A program made the position numbers and the translations under genes. The notes under the pieces are model-generated. The model saw only the letters and a program-made list of their open reading frames with translations, was not told the DNA's origin and did not search any database. Below, in pieces: positions 1 through 8,149 of a DNA stretch of 32,000 nucleotides. Location of the stretch: assembly GCA_965219535.1 (NCBI GenBank), contig CBDCNV010000002.1:1260001-1292000 (forward strand), given 5' to 3'. The stretch comes from Opitutales bacterium (GTDB taxonomy: Bacteria; Verrucomicrobiota; Verrucomicrobiia; Opitutales; PNEW01). The first letter of the stretch is position 1; each line of letters begins with the position of its first letter.

Positions 1-1092
1 TCGATGTCCTTCGTATCGGGATGTCAGCGCGGCTTCTAAAACGCCGCTTGTCAGTAAGGTTCGTTCAGCGGGGTAGGTCGGTGATCCACTGATAAACATT
101 TCTTCAATATTGAGCGACAAATAGGTGAAGTGATTGTGCGCTCCTTCAGCGCTGCCTTCAGCGCTGCCATGACCCTGACAATAAAATTCTGTCGCCTTGA
201 CCTGATTGTCGACCCTGGCTGCATAAGCTAAATCTGTAACATACCCGTTTAACATTAAAACCGCGCCCTTCAAACCATCTCGGTATTCGATCAGAAATAG
301 GGTGGGATTTTTACAGTGGTCCTCCATCTGTCCATCAGGTTTATTTACTATGCAAGCACAGGCTGCCTCGGCCAGTGTTCTCGACCATTGCCCCTCATTG
401 GCCGCTTCCCACACCACCTCACCCTCTAAGCAGGTTACTGCTTTGACACCGGTCTCACCGCCAATGCGTCTTTCAACCATGCATTGCAGGACCTCAAGGG
501 CGTGAAATCCATAGATATCCAGCCCGGAAAAACCGATGGCGACGGCCTCTTCAATCGGACTTTCCATATCATGCTCAAGCCAGGGGTTGCGCCAGCACAG
601 AGGAAGTGATGAACCGGCCATGAAGGGAGCTCCGAGTTGCTTTACTCGATCATACATCCATTTAATATCATGCCAGTTATAGGAGAGGTGCTTGTCGTTA
701 AAAATCGGTACCGCTTTCTCACTCGTCGCCATGACCCCACAGATTTGCTCCATGAAGTATTTCCTCGGATAAAGATGCTGTTCCTTCTCGTTCCATGCGT
801 AATCTCCATGTTCTCCGATTAAGAGCACACCATCAACAGCGAGTACATCCCCACCCAGCGTTAATGCTTTTACAATACTGGGAAAGATCGGAATGTTAAA
901 TTCGGCACTGAGTTTTCGGCTCAAATCCCCTTCGGGAAACTGATCGACATAAAGTGAAACAATATCAACACGCGGTGTAATCATGCCCTCATCGGTAGGA
1001 AAACCCTTGAGGAATTTCGTCATCATGACGTTGGCATGGGAGAAGGGCACGTACTCCGTAATGATTGCCGCAATCTTTTTTCTTTCAGCCAT
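1..1092 (-). CDS. conserved hypothetical protein, 3' end beyond the window edge
   Basis: An uninterrupted minus-strand frame of 364 codons runs from ATG (1090-1092) to position 1. It has no stop inside the window, so it is absent from the ORF track. N-terminus is MAERKKIAAIITEYVPFSHANV. Plus-strand ORFs 302-505 and 637-822 are shadows of it. I recognise no family by eye. Confidence 0.75.
   Translation of the reverse strand, partial: MAERKKIAAIITEYVPFSHANVMMTKFLKGFPTDEGMITPRVDIVSLYVDQFPEGDLSRKLSAEFNIPIFPSIVKALTLGGDVLAVDGVLLIGEHGDYAWNEKEQHLYPRKYFMEQICGVMATSEKAVPIFNDKHLSYNWHDIKWMYDRVKQLGAPFMAGSSLPLCWRNPWLEHDMESPIEEAVAIGFSGLDIYGFHALEVLQCMVERRIGGETGVKAVTCLEGEVVWEAANEGQWSRTLAEAACACIVNKPDGQMEDHCKNPTLFLIEYRDGLKGAVLMLNGYVTDLAYAARVDNQVKATEFYCQGHGSAEGSAEGAHNHFTYLSLNIEEMFISGSPTYPAERTLLTSGVLEAALTSRYEGHR
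143..166. repeat. in-frame 12-bp tandem duplication inside CDS 1-1092
   Basis: ccttcagcgctg occurs twice in tandem, giving SAEGSAEG in the protein. Confidence 0.9.
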
Positions 1093-1111
1093 TGTATCAA
1101 ACGATGTTTGA

Positions 1112-1138
1112 GTGTTAGGTGTTAAGTTTTAGGTTTTA
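1112..1138. repeat. TTAGGTG/TTAAGTG-type short-period array
   Basis: gtgttaggtgttaagttttaggtttta, directly upstream of the minus-strand start at 1092. Confidence 0.9.
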
Positions 1139-1350
1139 ATTAGATTCTAAATAAAATGGCTATTGTCATTAATAGATTTTATTAATTGTCATTGCGCCTG
1201 CCGGCCATAGCCTTGACGACGGATGAAGAATCATGCAATTGCGGGAGCCGCGGCAATCCAGAAAGTTATAATACCCTTACTCAGAACGATTAACCCTAAG
1301 ATGTAAACCTAACACGGTCTTGTGCGCCTTAGCGTGTCAGTACTCTTCCC

Positions 1351-1381
1351 TTTTGACATTTTGACGTTTTGACCTTTTGAC
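1351..1381 (+). repeat. TTTTGAC octamer array (x4), copy in first duplication unit
   Basis: ttttgacattttgacgttttgaccttttgac. Confidence 0.95.
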
Positions 1382-1396
1382 TAAAGTTAATCGAAA

Positions 1397-1495
1397 ATGA
1401 GCTCTGACGATCAAACCACCTACCCCGATGAAGAGGCGCGCTGCCGATTCTGGACGGAGCATATGGATCGCGGCTACGATGGCTATTGTCATTAA
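1397..1495 (+). pseudogene. duplicated 5' fragment (27 codons plus 5 junction codons) of the M15 peptidase gene
   Basis: Codons 1-27 of CDS 1720-2589 are reproduced exactly in the first copy of the 323-bp tandem duplication. The frame then runs across the duplication junction (GAT GGC TAT TGT CAT TAA) and stops at 1493-1495. Confidence 0.8.
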
Positions 1496-1673
1496 TAGAT
1501 TTTATTAATTGTCATTGCGCCTGCCGGCCATAGCCTTGACGACGGATGAAGAATCATGCAATTGCGGGAGCCGCGGCAATCCAGAAAGTTATAATACCCT
1601 TACTCAGAACGATTAACCCTAAGATGTAAACCTAACACGGTCTTGTGCGCCTTAGCGTGTCAGTACTCTTCCC

Positions 1674-1704
1674 TTTTGACATTTTGACGTTTTGACCTTT
1701 TGAC
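1674..1704 (+). repeat. TTTTGAC octamer array (x4), 15 nt upstream of ATG 1720
   Basis: Identical to 1351-1381 (shifted by 323). Confidence 0.95.
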
Positions 1705-1719
1705 TAAAGTTAATCGAAA

Positions 1720-2589
1720 ATGAGCTCTGACGATCAAACCACCTACCCCGATGAAGAGGCGCGCTGCCGATTCTGGACGGAGCATATGGATCGCGGCTAC
1801 GAGCTGGTTCAGTCTATGGCAAAGTACGAGGTCAATGAGTGTGGCGAGGGCGTGGTTTCAATTCCGGAAGCAGCTGAGAAAGCAGGGGTAAAAATGCTTT
1901 TTTCTGAAACTAAAATTGCCGGTAACCTGGATCGGATATATGTTATCCGTGAGAGTATCATGCCGGACCTCCTGGCGATCGCGCTTGATATGAAAGAGCG
2001 TGGGTGGATTTTAAAAATTGAAGAAGGGTACCGAACCCGGGAAATGCAGACCCAGCTCGGTCGCAAACCCGAGGTCTTCGATATGATCGTGCGCTCATGC
2101 TGGAGAGAAAATGGTGGAACGACACCTCCCCTCGATCTCGTCAAAAAAAGATCGATGTGCCTGGTGGCCAACTATCCTTATTCCGGCACGCACTTGATGG
2201 CCGCGGCGGTTGATATATCCGTATTCCGCATCGACGATGGAAGCGAGGTATCGCGCGGAAAACCCTACCTTGAAATGAGCGAGTACACCCCTATGGATTG
2301 CCCTTTTGTCAGCGCCGAGGAACATCAAAATCGCATGGACATCACAGCGATGATGGAACGACACGGCTTTCTACATTTCCCGGGTGAATTCTGGCATTAC
2401 AACAAGGGCGACGCACTCTACCACATTACGATGCGCAGCGGCAGACAGGCCCCCTATGGGCCTATCCACTGGAATCCTCTAACCGGCGAGATTACACCTT
2501 ACGACGATATCTCATCACCGCTCACACCCCCCGACCTGCTCGCCGAAAATCTGCAACAGGCCTTGAAACGGATGAAGCTTGTTCAATGA
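1720..2589 (+). CDS. M15-family zinc peptidase, VanX-like D-Ala-D-Ala dipeptidase family
   Basis: 289-aa ORF. GYRTREMQ, SGTHLMAAAVD (H-x6-D) and EFWH (E-x-x-H) match the arginine and zinc-site blocks of VanX-type M15D enzymes. The ATG lies 15 nt after a TTTTGAC array and has no Shine-Dalgarno. Confidence 0.65.
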   Translation: MSSDDQTTYPDEEARCRFWTEHMDRGYELVQSMAKYEVNECGEGVVSIPEAAEKAGVKMLFSETKIAGNLDRIYVIRESIMPDLLAIALDMKERGWILKIEEGYRTREMQTQLGRKPEVFDMIVRSCWRENGGTTPPLDLVKKRSMCLVANYPYSGTHLMAAAVDISVFRIDDGSEVSRGKPYLEMSEYTPMDCPFVSAEEHQNRMDITAMMERHGFLHFPGEFWHYNKGDALYHITMRSGRQAPYGPIHWNPLTGEITPYDDISSPLTPPDLLAENLQQALKRMKLVQ

Positions 2590-2599
2590 TTAGTTAATT

Positions 2600-2674
2600 G
2601 TGTTAGGTTTTAGGTGAATAAATATTTTCAGCTTTTACCCTAAAACCTAAAACATAACACCTAACACTTAAAAC
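2600..2674. repeat. inverted pair of TTAGG-type arrays forming a hairpin between convergent genes
   Basis: ttaggttttagg (2604-2615) is perfectly complementary to cctaaaacctaa (2639-2650), with a 23-nt AT-rich loop. The hairpin lies between the stops at 2589 and 2708. Confidence 0.85.
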
Positions 2675-2705
2675 GCGCATTCGCGCCATCACGCGCATAT
2701 GCGCC
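2675..2705. repeat. GCGC-rich variant of the ATGCG-type array
   Basis: gcgcattcgcgccatcacgcgcatatgcgcc. Confidence 0.7.
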
Positions 2706-2707
2706 TA

Positions 2708-3685
2708 TTACAGTCGAATCTGAGCCAGATAGATGTTAGCCGGATAGGTCCAGTGCTCAGCGCCGTATTTGACCTCGTGCTGGGAGTAGTAACTCAGCAG
2801 CACAGACTCGTCTTCCTGGACGATTACGCCCGCATACGAAGTATCACCACTTGACGGCAGATCGAGGACGTGTTCGATCTTGTCATTCTCCAATCGCCAG
2901 ACACTGGTGCGCCGTTCGACAATGTTATGCCGGTCGTTCGGATCACGCAAGTGTTGGCGCCCAATGATATATTCTTGATCACCCACTTCGATCAGTTTTG
3001 GCGATGCTATGATTTCGCCAAGATCGGTGAGCTGCCAGTGCTCGAAGGGCGGTTTGGCAGTGGCGAAGTTCAGTCGGGTCTCGTCGCTACGTCGAATGGC
3101 GACACGCATCGTGCCGTCAGTTGCGATACGAAACGTGGCTTCGGTCCCATTTGGCGACACCTGCGAGACTTTTTCCCAGTCCAAGCCGTCGCTGGAACGC
3201 AATAGGATTAGTTCTTTAGATTCATCTTCAAAACCCGTTTCATTGCCGTAAGCCAGATTGTAGAAGGTGCCGTCGACATAGCCCACGCCCCATAACCAGT
3301 ATCCGTCGCGATAGATCTGCTGGGGTGTCGACCAGGTGACCCCATCATCGGTGTACGAGCAGTAGGAGCGGATGTGACCCTCTGCCTCACCGCGCACAGC
3401 CAGGGGATGATCCCAAAAGCAGCTTCCTGTAATAATGAACAAGCGCTCTGGTGTCGCCACCATATGAGGATCGCGGTCATCACCCGTAGTGTTGATGGGC
3501 ACGCCAACTCGCTGCCACTGGTGCAGGTCGTCGCTGGCAATGACCACCACCTTGCCCTCGGTGCTTACATGCGAGAGACCATTGCGAAAACAAACGTAGT
3601 ATTTACCTTGGAACAACTGTAAGTCGGTAAACGCGTTGTGCCAGCCGTCACTGTGAATACAGCGTACCCAGTCAACAAGCGCCAT
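2708..3685 (-). CDS. BNR/Asp-box beta-propeller protein (sialidase-like glycoside hydrolase fold)
   Basis: 325-aa ORF with Asp-box-like motifs YTDDGVTW and SSDGLDW. It has an ATG start with a GAGAGGA upstream. The overlapping plus-strand ORFs are shadows. Confidence 0.55.
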   Translation of the reverse strand: MALVDWVRCIHSDGWHNAFTDLQLFQGKYYVCFRNGLSHVSTEGKVVVIASDDLHQWQRVGVPINTTGDDRDPHMVATPERLFIITGSCFWDHPLAVRGEAEGHIRSYCSYTDDGVTWSTPQQIYRDGYWLWGVGYVDGTFYNLAYGNETGFEDESKELILLRSSDGLDWEKVSQVSPNGTEATFRIATDGTMRVAIRRSDETRLNFATAKPPFEHWQLTDLGEIIASPKLIEVGDQEYIIGRQHLRDPNDRHNIVERRTSVWRLENDKIEHVLDLPSSGDTSYAGVIVQEDESVLLSYYSQHEVKYGAEHWTYPANIYLAQIRL

Positions 3686-3869
3686 AAGTTCCTCTCTCCA
3701 TCGCAGACTTATTTAGCGGTTCTTATCGATAAATCAATTAATATTACAAACGCGCTTTGGACCAGTCGTCACGCAAACAATATCGTGCCAAGGTTAACAG
3801 TGAACAGTAATCAGAAAATCCGATAGAATCATCTAGCATCCTAACCGTGAACCCTGAACTCTTCTTCAC

Positions 3870-3905
3870 ATAACACGCGCTGATGCGCTTTCGTGCGTCA
3901 GCGCT
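3870..3905 (+). repeat. 36-bp direct repeat, copy 1
   Basis: ataacacgcgctgatgcgctttcgtgcgtcagcgct. It overlaps the stop and last codons of CDS 3898-5721 and is preceded by a GAACC module (3845-3860). Confidence 0.9.
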
Positions 3906-5721
3906 CCGCTATTTCGTTTGGGACTACGGCACCATAGCCAAGGTATTCATCCTTAATCATGGACCCCCATATTTTTTCCAATTGCGGATTGCGCAGTTCT
4001 TCTCGCAGTTGGTTGGCAAAGGTAGCTGGAGTAGCAGCATCGGTCCATGGAGGGGGAGAGATGTTTTTGGTAGCCATCGGGTCCTCGACCCAGACACCTT
4101 TCAGACCGCGGCACTCTTCGAGCAATTCTTCAATTCGTGCTTCGGTCAACTGCCCCAGCTTGTAGTCTATGTACATCTCCATCTGTACGCGCCAGAAAAT
4201 GGCGTCATTCCTTCGACCTTCCAGACTGTCCAACACGTACTGATAACTATCCTTTTCGATAAGATTCTCGAGTCTTCGCCACAAGCGATCACTCTCGTTC
4301 AACAGGTCGACAGCTTCCTGCTTTGCTTCGATCATCTCGGACCGCAATTCCTCGGTGATTGGTACTTTATCGAAAGCTAACCGCACAGATGGATCTTTCT
4401 TAATCTCAGCGGCGTGCTCGGGAAGGTACATATCCACGGGTAAATCCATCCCCATCTTACCTTCGATCCGGTCCGTGGCGCGGTAGGGACCACATAATCG
4501 AGAATCCAGGTACAAAAGGTCTGCCATTCGAGAGTGATAGGCGTTCCAACCGCCGTCATAATAGAAGATCTTCATATTGGCTTCAGTCGCTTTCCTGACA
4601 ACCTCTATGACAACAGGAGCCGCCTCTGCGCCGAAGGTTTCTATTGCCCAGTCATTCATAATCGCTTTGGGATCAGCCTTGGGATTCTCCGCATAGCGGT
4701 CAGCGGCAATCCAGTTGACCCTGTTCAGGGGGTGATCCCAAGGTTCCTGGGCGCACACTACGGCATTCAACCAGATGCCCTGCTGGCCGGTCTCCTGCAT
4801 TCGCCTGAAGAGCTTGCTCCACCGATCGACCTCCGAGAATATCACCCATCCCATACCGTGATACTCACTTACCAGTTGGACACTCGTAATATAGGGAGAA
4901 TTGCTGTTCTCGGCTGTCTCGATCCTGTCATAGATTGGGTGTTCCGGCCAACCGATGTGACAGTCAAAGTATATTTCCTTAATGATGATCTTCACGTTAG
5001 GACGGACCTTGCCGTAAAGATCGCTGAACAGGTTAACTTCCAACCGCTGGCCGACGACATCGTCCTGGATGATTTCCCAGAACAGGGTCATGTCGTGTCG
5101 ACCTAGAATGTCACCGAGCAGGTTCAGGCCGTCGAGCGCTCTCTGTCGTTGTGATTTTTCAGCGCATGTAGGGCAACCACAATGCCACGGGCCCCCGTGA
5201 GTTGGCGCGTGTTGAGTTTCGATCCCCTGGAAACAGTAACCTGTCAATCCCGGCAGCATGGCTGCGTCTCGCGCCGCCCGAAATTCCCAGTACTCCTTGG
5301 TCTCGTCAGCGTAGGGACAGAGTAAGGTAGCTGTTTTCGGGGCAATACCGGGCGTAATCGGGGGCGGCCAGTCAATTCCCTTCGGCATAGGCGATAGAAA
5401 GTGATAAATGCCCTCGGATGGATCCGGGCGCCAGTCCGTTCCTCGTAAGACCTCATTCCATAATCTGCGCACAATCATGCCCATGCCGTGTTGACGAAGA
5501 TAGTTATTCAGACCGGCGTAGGCCTCCGGAGCATATTCAGGATCACCCCAAACCGTCAGTGCGCTGTAGCCGTGCGCGGCAATAAATTCGATAAACTGTC
5601 CCAACCTGGATGAGGGGGAAAGATTCACCATATCCTCTGTTTGCAACAGGCTGGGTTTGCCGGTATCCCAGGTTAAACTATCTGGCTCATGCCAGATTTC
5701 CAAGACTTTCCATTCGAGCAT
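3898..5721 (-). CDS. large hypothetical protein (possible carbohydrate-active enzyme, function not recognised)
   Basis: Long ORF. The track starts it at TTG 5754, inside the GTCAAAAG array. I prefer ATG 5721 (MLEWKVLEIWHEP). It contains a GGPWHCGCPTCAEK cysteine cluster. The last three codons and the stop lie in a 36-bp repeat. Confidence 0.6.
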   Translation of the reverse strand: MLEWKVLEIWHEPDSLTWDTGKPSLLQTEDMVNLSPSSRLGQFIEFIAAHGYSALTVWGDPEYAPEAYAGLNNYLRQHGMGMIVRRLWNEVLRGTDWRPDPSEGIYHFLSPMPKGIDWPPPITPGIAPKTATLLCPYADETKEYWEFRAARDAAMLPGLTGYCFQGIETQHAPTHGGPWHCGCPTCAEKSQRQRALDGLNLLGDILGRHDMTLFWEIIQDDVVGQRLEVNLFSDLYGKVRPNVKIIIKEIYFDCHIGWPEHPIYDRIETAENSNSPYITSVQLVSEYHGMGWVIFSEVDRWSKLFRRMQETGQQGIWLNAVVCAQEPWDHPLNRVNWIAADRYAENPKADPKAIMNDWAIETFGAEAAPVVIEVVRKATEANMKIFYYDGGWNAYHSRMADLLYLDSRLCGPYRATDRIEGKMGMDLPVDMYLPEHAAEIKKDPSVRLAFDKVPITEELRSEMIEAKQEAVDLLNESDRLWRRLENLIEKDSYQYVLDSLEGRRNDAIFWRVQMEMYIDYKLGQLTEARIEELLEECRGLKGVWVEDPMATKNISPPPWTDAATPATFANQLREELRNPQLEKIWGSMIKDEYLGYGAVVPNEIAER

Positions 5722-5749
5722 GACTTTACCTTTTTTGCCGATGGATAAA

Positions 5750-5774
5750 GTCAAAATGTCAAAAAGTCAAAAGG
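5750..5774 (-). repeat. GTCAAAAG octamer array (x3)
   Basis: gtcaaaatgtcaaaaagtcaaaagg. It reads TTTTGAC in the sense of the minus-strand gene that starts at 5721. Confidence 0.95.
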
Positions 5775-5775
5775 G

Positions 5776-5820
5776 ATATGCGTGTATGCGTCAATGCGTG
5801 TATGTGATGATGCGGTAATG
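5776..5820. repeat. ATGCGNNN octamer array
   Basis: atatgcgtgtatgcgtcaatgcgtgtatgtgatgatgcggtaatg. Confidence 0.9.
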
Positions 5821-5830
5821 TTAAGTATTA

Positions 5831-5863
5831 CTTGCATCGTGTATCATGCATCTTGCATCATCC
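5831..5863. repeat. GCATC heptamer array
   Basis: cttgcatcgtgtatcatgcatcttgcatcatcc, with GCATC/GTATC every 7 nt. Confidence 0.9.
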
Positions 5864-5881
5864 AACGTTTTGACTAATGAT

Positions 5882-5917
5882 ATAACACGCGCCAATGCGC
5901 TTTCGTGCGTCAGCGCT
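5882..5917 (+). repeat. 36-bp direct repeat, copy 2
   Basis: ataacacgcgccaatgcgctttcgtgcgtcagcgct, 34/36 identical to 3870-3905. It ends 8 nt upstream of ATG 5926. Confidence 0.9.
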
Positions 5918-5925
5918 TATCATCA

Positions 5926-7038
5926 ATGACATCAAAGAAACGGGAATTCTTAAAACACCTTCTTTGGTCACGAGAGGACGTCGACGCTTGGATCGCAGGC
6001 AGAGCATTTCCTTTTTCAAAATATGACAGTGAACTGGGTTATCTGCACTGCGATCGAGAATTTCAGGATGGCATAGAGGGATCCATTACTACCTACCGTT
6101 ACGATCCTTCGGGCTCACGCCGTATGATCAACTACGCTGATCAGGAATGCCGTATTAATACCTATGGGAATAGTTTCACCCATTGTGATCAGGTGAGCGA
6201 TGGTGAGACATGGCAGGAGATACTGGCCGCGCACCTTTGTGAACCGGTGCGCAATTTTGGGGTCGGTGGATATTCCGTCTATCAAGCATATCTGCGCCTT
6301 CAGCGGGAAGAATCACGATCACCGGCGAAATATATTATATTTAATATTTATGATGATGATCATTATCGCAACCTGCTAAGCTGGCAACGGTTTCGCTTTA
6401 GAGTGACGGCCTATTCCTTTAATTCCACCGTGCCCTATGTAAAAGTGAATCCTGAAAGAGGCGAATTCATTGAGTGTGAAAATCTATGTTCTACTCCGGA
6501 ATCTCTTTATAATCTCTGTGACTTGGATTCGGTCTTTGAAATTTTCAAAGATAACTTTGTCCTTAATAGAAAGGTAGCACAACAAAGCCAAAAAGAGCGC
6601 AAGCGTAAGGGTGAACTCCAATTATCTTCCTATGATGATTTAATGGACACGCTTTATACTGAGTCATCACTTTACGCCAGTATGCAAATCGTAGACAAGG
6701 TGGAAGAATATGCCAGGGATAACAATAAGAAGGTCCTTTATGTTTTATCCTATCGTTATCAGAATATTGAAAATATATTAGCAGGGGGATCACGTTTCGA
6801 TCTTAAATTCGTCGAATATTTGAAAAATAAAAATCTGTCCGTTGTCGATCTGATGAATGCGCATAAAGAAGACTATGCAGAGTTTAAAGGAAGTATTGAA
6901 GCATACATTAAGAAATATTATGATATAGATCTTTTTAACCACTACACCCCGCTTGGAAATTTCTTCTGTGCGTTCGCGATAAAAGATTCGCTTGTTTCAA
7001 TGCTGGAACCGAAACCGCTTTCTTACTCAAATCTATAA
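5926..7038 (+). CDS. SGNH/GDSL-like hydrolase (tentative)
   Basis: The ORF track starts at GTG 5905, inside the 36-bp repeat, so ATG 5926 is preferred. TYGNSFTH (block I-like), FGVGGYS (block II-like) and DLFNHY near the C-terminus are SGNH-like. Confidence 0.5.
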   Translation: MTSKKREFLKHLLWSREDVDAWIAGRAFPFSKYDSELGYLHCDREFQDGIEGSITTYRYDPSGSRRMINYADQECRINTYGNSFTHCDQVSDGETWQEILAAHLCEPVRNFGVGGYSVYQAYLRLQREESRSPAKYIIFNIYDDDHYRNLLSWQRFRFRVTAYSFNSTVPYVKVNPERGEFIECENLCSTPESLYNLCDLDSVFEIFKDNFVLNRKVAQQSQKERKRKGELQLSSYDDLMDTLYTESSLYASMQIVDKVEEYARDNNKKVLYVLSYRYQNIENILAGGSRFDLKFVEYLKNKNLSVVDLMNAHKEDYAEFKGSIEAYIKKYYDIDLFNHYTPLGNFFCAFAIKDSLVSMLEPKPLSYSNL

Positions 7039-7129
7039 ACGTTATTTTGTTTGATAGAAGTTTCAGGATTATACCCATTTCCGATTGTAGGATATATCAG
7101 TCACAATGACGAAGGGATGGGTGTTTATA

Positions 7130-7197
7130 CGCGTTCCACCATTGCTTATATAATAATTCTTGTTTCTTACGCTATGCATCGTGGATCACTCCGGCTT
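7130..7197. repeat. ~68-bp 3'-flank module, copy 1
   Basis: cgcgttccaccattgcttatataataattcttgtttcttacgctatgcatcgtggatcactccggctt. It is about 80 percent identical to 17788-17855. Both copies lie just 3' of minus-strand genes. Confidence 0.85.
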
Positions 7198-7358
7198 GGA
7201 AGATGTCGTTCCGCGATTGCGGAACTCGGAACTGGTCTTCCGGCTATTCGGTTTGGAAGATGTCATTCCGCGATTGCGGAACTCGGAACTGGTCTTCCGG
7301 CTATTCGGTTTGGAAGATGTCATTCCGCGATTGCGGAACTCGGAATTGGTAATACGGC
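7189..7358. repeat. 57-bp tandem repeat, ~3 copies
   Basis: Units start at 7198, 7255 and 7312 (ggaagatgtcNttccgcgattgcggaactcggaactggtcttccggctattcggttt). Each unit holds a ttccgc-gatt-gcggaa hairpin. The array overlaps the 3' end of CDS 7301-8149. Confidence 0.95.
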
Positions 7359-8149
7359 GCTGGGTCAAATCCGGGATATCTCTTTACCATTCCCTCGATG
7401 AATAGCTTGGTCCACAGCGGGTCACCGGGCGGCGGGAAACCCAACAGTTCTCGCTGGCGCGGTGTAGCCTCAACCATAAAGCGACACATCGCTTCGTTGC
7501 TGGCGCCGCTTTTATAAGTGAAGGTGCGACCCCCGTCCCAGGGCCGGTCTTTGCGGGAATAACAAACATGCATGACCGGGCGATGGCCTCGATGTGAGGT
7601 GAATTCGGAAGCAGCGTGCCGAGTGAATATACTGTAGAGACAGACTGAGCCGCCAGGTACGATCATCGGCACCGCTTCCTCGTCCGGTCGGCCATTAGGC
7701 ACCATACGGATCGGTGCCAAATCCCGCTCCACATCATCGAAGCAATAGAAAAAGTCCAGGTGCATATAGTCGTCGGGCTCGATGATTGGTCCCAGTGTAT
7801 TATTACTGTAGTCGATGTGAAATTTCGTATTGTATTCCTCGCCAGCGTATTTCATTCCCAGATGGCCTTCGCAGAGGCGGATTTCGCGGGTGCCGAAAAC
7901 GCGCTCAGCCGCATCAACCAGATCCGGATGGACGGTGACGTGATTGAGACCGGAGTGGTCCCAGGGGAAGAGTCGATGTTTCGGCGTATTGTTCTGTCGT
8001 TTTTGAGATTCGAATACGTCGAAAGGCGGGGCGAATAAAGTAAAGATTCCTTGGAGCGCAGCTTCCCGCTCATCTTTAGTCAGGAAGTTTTCGATAATAA
8101 GGAACCCCTGCTTTTTGTAAGTGGCGAGTTCCGCGTCAGTGATGTGCAT
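7301..8149 (-). CDS. phytanoyl-CoA dioxygenase (PhyH) family Fe(II)/2-oxoglutarate oxygenase
   Basis: 282 aa. The N-terminus MHITDAELATYKKQGFLIIENFL is typical of PhyH. It has an H-x-D (HIDYS) motif and a distal His. GAGGAG lies upstream of the ATG. The last ~17 codons and the stop are encoded by the 57-bp tandem repeat. Confidence 0.8.
   Translation of the reverse strand: MHITDAELATYKKQGFLIIENFLTKDEREAALQGIFTLFAPPFDVFESQKRQNNTPKHRLFPWDHSGLNHVTVHPDLVDAAERVFGTREIRLCEGHLGMKYAGEEYNTKFHIDYSNNTLGPIIEPDDYMHLDFFYCFDDVERDLAPIRMVPNGRPDEEAVPMIVPGGSVCLYSIFTRHAASEFTSHRGHRPVMHVCYSRKDRPWDGGRTFTYKSGASNEAMCRFMVEATPRQRELLGFPPPGDPLWTKLFIEGMVKRYPGFDPAPYYQFRVPQSRNDIFQTE

Larger units (their letters stand above)
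1157..1802. repeat. perfect tandem duplication, 2 x 323 bp (1157-1479 and 1480-1802)
   Basis: The two copies are identical base for base as read. Each contains a GTCATTGCG...GGCAATCC module, a reverse TTAGG module, a TTTTGAC array and the first 27 codons (plus 2 nt) of the M15 peptidase gene. Confidence 0.95.

Noticed and set aside
2637-2674. Telomere-like CCCTAAA / ACCTAAA repeats.
   Set aside because: There are only two or three degenerate units, embedded in a bacterial gene context. They belong to the TTAGGTG/TTAAGTG array family seen in both orientations elsewhere in the window.
4534-5106. Long antisense ORFs inside confident genes, for example 4534-5106, 8352-9095, 13150-13626, 25511-25930 and 1809-2171.
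   Set aside because: They are shadow ORFs opposite well-supported, family-recognisable CDSs. Their translations are compositionally odd (Arg/Ser/Pro-rich) with no recognisable motifs.
7189-7358. CRISPR array, considered for the 57-bp tandem repeat and for the octamer and heptamer arrays.
   Set aside because: The repeats are directly adjacent with no unique spacers. The unit lengths (7, 8 and 57 bp head to tail) do not fit repeat-spacer architecture, and no cas genes are in the window.
7051-7405. ORFs 7051-7401 (+), 7160-7405 (+) and 7186-7368 (-), which have internally repetitive peptides (GRCHSAIAELGTGLPAIRF x3 and similar).
   Set aside because: They are translations of the 57-bp tandem repeat in three frames and on both strands. 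Openness in several frames is a property of the repeat, there is no start-site context, and they overlap the genuine PhyH 3' end.
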